Source: the human T2T-CHM13v2.0 reference genome, Homo sapiens
Assembly (NCBI RefSeq): GCF_009914755.1
Contig: NC_060938.1
Direction: 5' to 3' (one strand)
Length of the DNA stretch: 64,000 nucleotides
Position 1 is the first letter of the stretch. Each line of letters starts with the position of its first letter. The translations under genes and the position numbers were made by a program. Shown piece by piece: positions 54,610-64,000 of this stretch. A model generated the notes under the pieces. The model had not been told where the DNA came from. It worked only from the letters and a program-made list of their open reading frames with translations, and did no database searches.

Positions 54610-55720
54610 GAGAAACAGGCGCCGCTGGCTTGCGGGTTCTCCTGGGCTGGCGCGGGACGTCCCGGAATCACAGGCGCGCACTCCTTCCCGCCTGAGGGTC
54701 CGCCTGGCCGTGACTCCCGCCCCTCTCCTCCTCCGAAGAGAGATCGGGGCCGCCCCAGGGGCCGTCTGCAGCCACCGGGGATGGGGCTGAGGGTCGGTTC
54801 CTGCCCCGGTGCAGCCGCCCCTGGGCAGACCGCCTGGCTTGGTCGCAGCCATGGCGACATCTAGCTCCGGTTCTGCGAGGCTGGGCGCGCCAGCCAGCTT
54901 GGGAGTCGCCCGGCGCCTGTAGCTGGGCTCCCAGGTGGTGAAGCATGCCCTGGGCGGCCTCTGGATCGCGGGTGCCCCTGGCCTGAGAGCCTGCCAGACC
55001 CTGCCCTGGCCCGGCTCCTCCTCTGTCAGAGCTCCAGATCTCTATCCAGGGGCCCTCTGCAGCCACCGGGGATGGGGCTGAGGGTCGGTTCCCGCCCCTG
55101 TGCAGCTGCTGCAGTACAGACCGCCTGGCTTGGCCACAGCCACAGGGACATTTGGCCCTGCTTCCAAGATGTGGGGAGTGTGGGCGGGCTCGGGAGTTGC
55201 CTGGAGGCTGCTGCCTGCACGCAGAAGGCGGCTGCAGCTCGGGTGCCCAGGCAGGCTGGAGGTGCATGGCCTGGTCGGCCTTGGGATCGCCAGCGCGCCA
55301 AGCCTGAGGGCCCCCAGGCCATGCCTCTCGACCACTCCTCCACCTGAGGGAGATCGGAGCCGTTTATATGGGCACTCGGCAGTCACCTCGTGTGGGGTTG
55401 AGCGGTGGGTTCTCAGTTCTCGCTCCTGTGCAGCTGCTGCCGCAGAGCAGAATGCCTGGCTTGGCTGCAGCCACTGGGACACGTGGCCCTGCTTCTGTGA
55501 TGCTAGGAGCGCGAGCGGGCTCGGGGGTTGCCAGGCAGATGCTGCCTGCACACAGGGGGCGACGGCAGCTTGGGCGCCCAGATGGCAGAGCATGGTTTGG
55601 GTGGCCTCTGGAATGCGTGTGCGCCAGGCCTGAGGGTCACCCTGGTGGGGCCACATACCCCGGTCTTCCTCTGCTGGAGCCTGGAGCAGCTGGAATGGCC
55701 ACTATTCCGTCACAGGGGAT
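54610..55720. repeat. GC/CpG-rich block of about three diverged 290-325 bp internal repeats (possibly REP522; name uncertain)
   Basis: ctgcagccaccggggatggggctgagggtcggttcc at about 54766 and 55057, with a third diverged copy near 55380. Confidence 0.55.
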
Positions 55721-55964
55721 GGAGTTAAGTTTTCTTATCCCACCCATGCACCCAAAAGGTGACTATTCTGTGAGGTAATAAACGTGTTAATTGACTTCAT
55801 TCATGCCACTCTGCATCCACAAGTAAGGCTTTCATAACAATGACACAGAAAATAAATGTTGCTAAGGAGGTGGAGAAGTTGGAGCCCTCATGATCTGGCT
55901 GTTAGGAATAGAAAATGATGCCCTTGCTACGGAAAACAATTTGGTTGTTCCTCACAGAATGAGC

Positions 55965-58515
<2,551 letters not shown>

Positions 58516-58828
58516 ACCCCTGAACCTGACCCTGATCCCTAACCCCTGACCCTGATCCCTAACCCCTGACCCTGACCACTAACCCCTGACCCTAACCCTA
58601 ACCCCTAACCCTAACCCTTAACCGTAACCCCTAAGCCTAACCCCTAACCACAACCCTCACCCTCACACTAATCCAACCCTAACCCCTTATCCCTAACCCC
58701 TAACCTCTCTTAACCTCTAACTCTAAACGTTGTCTCTTAACTCCTAACTCTGACCCCAACCCCTATCTCTAACCCCTAACCCTAAACTTAACCCCTAACC
58801 CCTAACCCTAACACCAACCTTAACCCTA
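58516..58828 (-). repeat. Interstitial degenerate telomeric array, (CCCTAA)n on the plus strand with CCCTGA, CCCCTAA and CTCTAA variants
   Basis: ccctgaccctgatccctaacccctgacc...cctaaccctaacccctaaccctaa. Confidence 0.96.
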
Positions 58829-59655
58829 GGTTCTTTACTACGTTTGTACTATGTCAATGTTGATTATTATGATCTCTGTCTTAGGACTGCATAGCAGCAA
58901 GGGGATTGCGGATCTTATATTAATATTTTTGTATTGAGGCAGTGCATTAGCATTACAGGTGCTTGTTACATGAGCAATGGGGGTGTCATATTTTGGGTGT
59001 CATGTCTGCATTAGGAATGCTGCATTTGTCTTCCGAGGCTGCGGTGTGGATCTCGCACTGCGGCTGCCTTGGCTTGGCTGGGGAGAACCTCGGTTGGCAG
59101 GATTCAGAGGGGCTTTTGGTTTCCCTTTTCCACACTGAGCCCTTCTAACTGGTCTCTGACCCTGATTATTCAGGGCTGCAAAAGGGAAGGATTTTATTCA
59201 CCGTCTATGCGGTCCCGAGTTGTCCCAAAGCGAGGCAGTGTCCCAAAGGTCTGTGCTGAGGAGAACGCTGCTCTGCCTTAGTGGTGTCCCCCGGGTCTGT
59301 GCTGAGCAGAACGCAGCTCCGCCCTCGCGGTGCCCCCGGCCCGCCTGGGTCTGTGCTGAGGAGAACACTGCTCCGCCTTCGCTGTATCTCTGAAGTCTGT
59401 GCAGAGGAGAACTCAGCTCCGCCCTGGCGATGCTCTCCTTGTCTGTGCTGGGAAGAACGCAGCTCCGCCCTCGCAAAGGCGCACAGCGCCGGCGCAGGAG
59501 CAGAGAGGCCCACAGCGCCGGCGCAGGAGCAGAGAGGCCCACAGCGCTGGCGAAAGGCGCAGAGAGGCCCACAGCGCCGGGGCAGGCGCAGAGAGGCCCA
59601 CAGCGCCGGCGCAGGCGCAGAGAGGCCCACAGCGCCGGCGCAGGCGCAGAGAGGC
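58829..59655. repeat. TAR1 telomere-associated repeat
   Basis: Directly proximal to the telomeric array; typical gtctgtgctgaggagaac and gcagctccgccctcgc units. Confidence 0.9.
59245..59655 (-). promoter_or_regulatory. TERRA-promoter-type CpG repeats: about four 61-bp-type units (about 59245-59475) and about six 29-32 bp units (about 59480-59655)
   Basis: Repeats of tctgtgctgaggagaac..ctccgcc and ggcgcagagaggcccacagcgccggcgca resemble the 61-29-37 subtelomeric promoter; activity here is not shown. Confidence 0.65.
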
Positions 59656-61181
59656 AGAAGGCCCATGAGGGGAAGGTGAGACACCTGGGGCAAAGAAGAA
59701 AAAAAAATGCGCCGCGAAGCGGTGTCTGGGTCATCCGGGGACGAAAGTTTTTTCCCATCAGCCCTTGCGCTGGGCCCCAGGGACCCGGGCATCCCTGGTT
59801 CACGCCCAGGGTGTGCCTCAGGCGACTAGGGGTACCCCAACTTGGACAGAAGGCCCATGAGTGGAAGTTGAAGTTTGTGGGAGGAGAGGTGAGGCACCAG
59901 GGGCAGAAAAAAAAAAAAAAAAAAGAGGACCGCGTCTCAGAGAAGCGGGGCCTGGGTCCCCCACGGATGAAAGTGCCTTCCCATCAGGCCCTATGCTGGG
60001 CCTGGTGGACCCTGGCGACCCTGGTTCGAGCCCAGGGTGCGCCTCGGGACAGCTTGGGGTACCACAAAGCGAACAAAAGGTCCATGAGGGGAAGGTGAGG
60101 CACCTGAGGCAGAGAAAAAAAAACGCTCAGCCGAGAAGCAGTGCCTGCGTCCCCCACGGATGAAAGTGCCATCCCATCAGCCCCTTCGCTGGGCCCTGGG
60201 GACCCTGGCGTCCCTGGTTTGACCCTGGGGTACGCCTCGGGACAGTAGGGGTACCCCAAGGTGGGCAGAAAGCCCCTAAGGGGAAGGTGAGGCACCTGGG
60301 GCAGAGAAAAAAAGAAAAACTTCGCCGCGGAGAAGCACGGCCTGGGTGCCCCACAGACGAAAGTATCTTCCCATCAGTCCCTGCACTGGGACCCAGGGAC
60401 CCTAGTGTCCCTCGTTCGAGCTCAGGGTGTGCCTCGGCCTCTAAGTGCACCCCAAGGGGGGCTTTGGGGACACAAAGCCCGTGAGGGGAAGGTGAGTTTT
60501 GAGGGAGGAGAGGTGAGGCACCTGTCACAGAAAAAGAAAAAAAAGAAACCCGCGCCGTGGAGAGGTGGGGCTTGGGTACCCCACGGATGAAAGTGCCTTC
60601 CCATCAGCCCCTGCACTGGGCCCCGGGGAACCTAGAGTCCCTGGTTCGAGCTCAGGGAGAGCCTCGGGCCACTAGGGGTACCCCAACGCGGTGGAAAGCC
60701 CATGAGAGGAAGGTGAGCTGTGAGGGAGGAGAGGTGAGACACTTGTGGCAGAAAAGAAAAAGAAACCGCGCCACGGAGAAGTGGGGCCTGGGTCTCCCAT
60801 GGGAAAAAAGTGCCTTCCCATCAGTCCCTGAGCTGGGCCCCGTGGACCCAGGCGACCCTGGTTCTAGGCCTGGGTGCACCTCGGGCCCGCTAGGTGTACC
60901 CCAAAGCGGGCAGAAGGCCCATGAGGTAAAGGTGAGGTTTGAGGGAAGAGAGGTGAGGCACCTGCGGCAGAAAAAAAAAAAACGTGCGGAAGAGAAGCGG
61001 GGCCTGGTTCTCCCACGGACGAAAGTGCCTTCTCATCAGCCCCTGCGCTGGCCCCCTGTACTCTGGCGACCCTAGTTCAAGGACCAGAAGAGACTCTGGC
61101 ATGCTAGGGTACCCTAAGGAAGCCAGAAAGCCCACGAGGGGAAGGCGAGATTTAAGGGAGGAGAGGTGAGTCACTTGTGGC

Positions 61182-61218
<37 letters not shown>

Positions 61219-62990
61219 TACGTATATATATATATACATATATATATATGTATATATATATATACGTATATATATATATATATGTATATATCAGCACCTC
61301 GGAGAAGCCGGGCCTGGGTCCCCACTGATGAAAGTGCCTTCCCATCAGCCCCTGCGCTAGCCCCGAGAACCTGGCGACCCTGATTGGAGACCCGGCAGCG
61401 CCTCGGGCCTGCTCGTGGTACCCCAAAGCAGGCAGAAGGCCAATGAGGGGAAGGTGAGGCACCTGGGGCGGAGAAAAAAAACCGCAGCTTTGAGAAGCGG
61501 GGCCTGGGTACCCACGGATGAAGGTACCTTCCCATCAGCGCCTGCGCTAGGGCCCGGTGACCCTGGCATCCATGGTTCGAGTCCAGGGAGCGCCTTGGGC
61601 CGCTAGGGGTACCCCAAGTCTTACAGAAAGCCCATGATGGGAAGTTGACGTTTGAGGGAGGAGAGGTGAGGAACCTGTGGCAGAAAAAAAAAAGAAAACA
61701 AGCCGCGCCTAGGAGAAGCTGGGCCTGGGTCCCCCAAGAGTGAAAATGCCTTCCCATCAGTCCCTGCGCTGGGCCCTGTGGACGCTGGAGACCCCGGTTC
61801 GAGCCCCGGGTGCGCCTCGGGCCTGCTAGGGGTAACACAAGGCGGGCAGAAATCCCAGGAGGGGCAGTTGAGGTTTGAGGAAGGAGAGGTGAGGCACCTG
61901 TGGCAGAAAAAAAAAACTGCACCACGAAGAAGCGGAGCCTGGGTCCCCAACGGACGAAAGTGTCTTCCCATCAGCACTTGCGCTGGGCCCAGGGGACCCT
62001 GGCATTCCTGGTTCGAGACCAGGGTGTGCTTCAGGCCGCTAGGGGTACCCAAAAGCAAGCAGAAGGCCCATGAGGGGAAGGTGACGCACGTGGGGGAGAG
62101 AAAAAAACAACAACAACTGTGCCTCGGATAAGCGGGCCTGGGTCCCCCACAGAAGAAACTGTCTTCCCATCAGCGCTTGCACTGTGCCCCGGGGACCCTG
62201 GTATCCCTGGCTCGAGCCCAGCGTGCGCCTCGGCCTGCTAGGGGTACCCCAAGACAGACAGAAGGCCCATGAGGGAAAGGTGAGACACCTGGGGCAGAGA
62301 ATAAAATAAAAAACTGTGCCGCCCAGAAGTGGGGACTGGGTCCCACATGGACGAACGTCCCTACCCATAAGCCCTGCACTGGGCCCCGGAGACCCTAGCA
62401 TCCCTGCCTCAAAACAACGGTGTGCCTCGGGTCGGCTAGGGGTACCTCAAGGCGGGCAGAAAGCCCATGACGGGAAAGTGAGGCAACTGGGGAAAAAAAA
62501 AAAAAAAACGCCACAGAGAAGCAGAGCCTGGGTCCCCGAGGAAGAACGTGTCTTCCCATCAGCCACTGAGCTTGGCCCAGTGGAATCTGGCTTCCATGGT
62601 TCGAGACCAGGGTGTGCCCCGGGTCGCTAGGTGTACCCCAAAGCGTGCAGAAGGCACAAGAGGGGAAGGTGAGGCACATGGGGCAGAGAAAAAAAAAACC
62701 TGCCACGGAGAAGCGGGGACTGGGTCTTCCACACGGACGAAAGTGTCTTTCCATCAGGACTTGCGCTGGGCCTCAGGGACACTGGAGTCCCTGGTTCGAG
62801 CCCACAGTGCACCTCGGGCCGCTAGGTGTACCCCAAGGCAGACAGAAGACCCAAGAGGGGAAGGTGAGATTTGAGGAAGGAGAGGTGAGGGATCTATGGC
62901 AGGAAAAAAAAAAAAACCGCGCCACGGAGAAGCAGGGCATGGGTCCCCCACAGACGAAAGTGCCTTCCCATCAGGCCCTGATGGTTTGAG
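59655..62990. repeat. GC-rich tandem satellite, about 16 monomers of about 195 or 220 bp, each with an A-tract (possibly ACRO1-related; name unconfirmed)
   Basis: The motif gaaagtgccttcccatcagccc recurs every 190-230 bp, together with ggggtacccc and gaggggaaggtgaggcacctg. Confidence 0.88.
61202..61290. repeat. (TA)n microsatellite expanded from one monomer's A-tract
   Basis: atatatatatatatatacgtatatatatatatacatata... Confidence 0.95.
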
Positions 62991-62994
62991 ACAG

Positions 62995-63155
62995 AATGAG
63001 GAGTGACTAATGTCTACAGGGTTTTTCTCTGGTCGGGGGTGATAAGACGTTCTACAATGGATTGCGAATTAAAATTGAATGTGCACAACCACAGGTATAC
63101 TAAAAGCCACTCAATTCATGACTTTTAATGGGGGAATCTTATGTGGCGCACTCTA
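62995..63155 (+). mobile_element. Old L1M 3' end fragment
   Basis: gagtgactaatg..cagggtttt..ggtgataa..ctaaaagccactcaatt. Confidence 0.55.
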
Positions 63156-63276
63156 ATGGAGACCACGGCAGACATAGTGAGAGAGAAAAAGGTGAGTAAA
63201 TATCTGAAACGGAGGCAGAAACAGAGAGAATGAAAAGCCCTGTGAATGGAAGGGAGAGCGAAAAGGGAAAATGGTC

Positions 63277-63999
63277 CTATTTACAAATGACAGATGTGAA
63301 ACCGGGGTTCACATCAACAGTGTCACTGTCAGGAAGGAGGGTCATGCTAGCCATGTCACCGGTAGTGTGTCCCGCAGGGACGCCGACCTGCTGGAGCGTC
63401 GTGCCAGCATGGGCTCTGGCAGCCACGTGGGCCAGCAGGAGGGTCCTGCTGCACAGCTGGGGGTGAGGATAGACTGGGTGGTGATATCGGCCATTACAGG
63501 GGCCTCTTCTGCTGGCAAGAGTGTGACAGTAGCAAGTAGATGGACAGGCCTGCGTGTGAGGACGGAATGCAGGAGGGGCTCTTGTGCGGCTGGTTGTGGG
63601 GCCCTCACCGGAAATGTGGAGAAATGGCCATGTAACTGCGTCATGTGGGCTAGTAGATTGGCCAGGGCTTCGAACTGAAGGACAATAACGGGGAGTAGCT
63701 GTCAGGCCCTGGGAGTGTCTGAGTGTAAGTGGAGATGGGTTTGGGGTCACTGAGGGATGCGTGGGAGCCATCCCTGTATAGGTACAGGTCATAGGGAGAT
63801 AGTCTCGTGAGGCCTGTGAGTGTCTAGGGTTGTCCTGGGTGCCTGGGGCTGACTGTGGCAGAAATCCGGGGAAGGCTGGAGAGAAGCTGGGAGACCCAGG
63901 AGAGTCCCTGAAGGCAGGGGGTGAAGAGGTGAAAGAAATGGGGGAGGGTTGCAGTAAGGTCCGTGAGTTTGTAGGTGATTCCTGGGTGCGGGAAGCTGA
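63277..63999 (-). CDS. Unidentified Pro/Ser/Thr/His-rich ORF, open to the window edge (at least 240 codons); coding status unknown
   Basis: The frame of the 171-aa ORF stays stop-free for 69 further codons upstream (SASRTQESPTNSRTLLQPSPISFTSSPPAFRDSPGSPSFSPAFPG...). Confidence 0.3.
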   Translation of the reverse strand, partial: SASRTQESPTNSRTLLQPSPISFTSSPPAFRDSPGSPSFSPAFPGFLPQSAPGTQDNPRHSQASRDYLPMTCTYTGMAPTHPSVTPNPSPLTLRHSQGLTATPRYCPSVRSPGQSTSPHDAVTWPFLHISGEGPTTSRTRAPPAFRPHTQACPSTCYCHTLASRRGPCNGRYHHPVYPHPQLCSRTLLLAHVAARAHAGTTLQQVGVPAGHTTGDMASMTLLPDSDTVDVNPGFTSVICK

Positions 64000-64000
64000 C

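Noticed and set aside
54533-55778. Cluster of 85-204 aa ORFs
   Set aside because: GC-rich repeat with few stops in any frame and no recognisable domain
58516-58828. Head-to-head telomere fusion like the chromosome 2 fusion site
   Set aside because: Only one repeat orientation is present; there is no TTAGGG-to-CCCTAA switch
59655-62990. Regularly spaced repeats suggesting a CRISPR-like array, and long ORFs up to 257 aa
   Set aside because: Whole monomers are homologous with no unique spacers, the DNA is primate and there are no cas genes; the ORFs arise from GC-rich tandem repeats

Overview
Primate, almost certainly human, nuclear DNA: a repeat-rich mosaic of segmental duplications of the kind found in pericentromeric, acrocentric and subtelomeric regions. 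No complete protein-coding gene lies in the window, and almost all of the ORF track is Alu, L1 or satellite noise. From left to right: (1) 1-17.7 kb, six in-frame internal exons of a 5'-truncated ANKRD20A-family copy on the minus strand, plus a dead CCDC144/ANKRD26-type exon; (2) about 21.5 kb, an unprocessed, disabled ASNS first coding exon cut off against a MER21 LTR; (3) 25.6-34.5 kb, a SATR-type satellite of about 73 bp that flips orientation three times and contains an AluY and a three-piece rearranged NUMT (12S / COX1-tRNAs / COX3-ND3); (4) 34.5-58.5 kb, L1-, LTR- and Alu-dense DNA with two tandem copies of the GTF2I-family first coding exon and a GC-rich block; (5) 58.5-59.65 kb, an internalised chromosome end made of degenerate (CCCTAA)n and TAR1 with TERRA-promoter-type repeats, fused directly to a 3'-truncated L1; (6) 59.65-63 kb, a GC-rich satellite of about 195/220 bp whose monomers carry a Pol III B-box-like motif and an A-tract; (7) an unidentified Pro/Ser/Thr-rich minus-strand ORF that is still open at the right edge. 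I cannot demonstrate a new biological system. The best leads are the L1-telomere junction, the B-box satellite beside the TERRA-like promoter, and the co-oriented minus-strand exons that could be spliced into a chimeric transcript. Gene and repeat names come from recognition, not from database searches.
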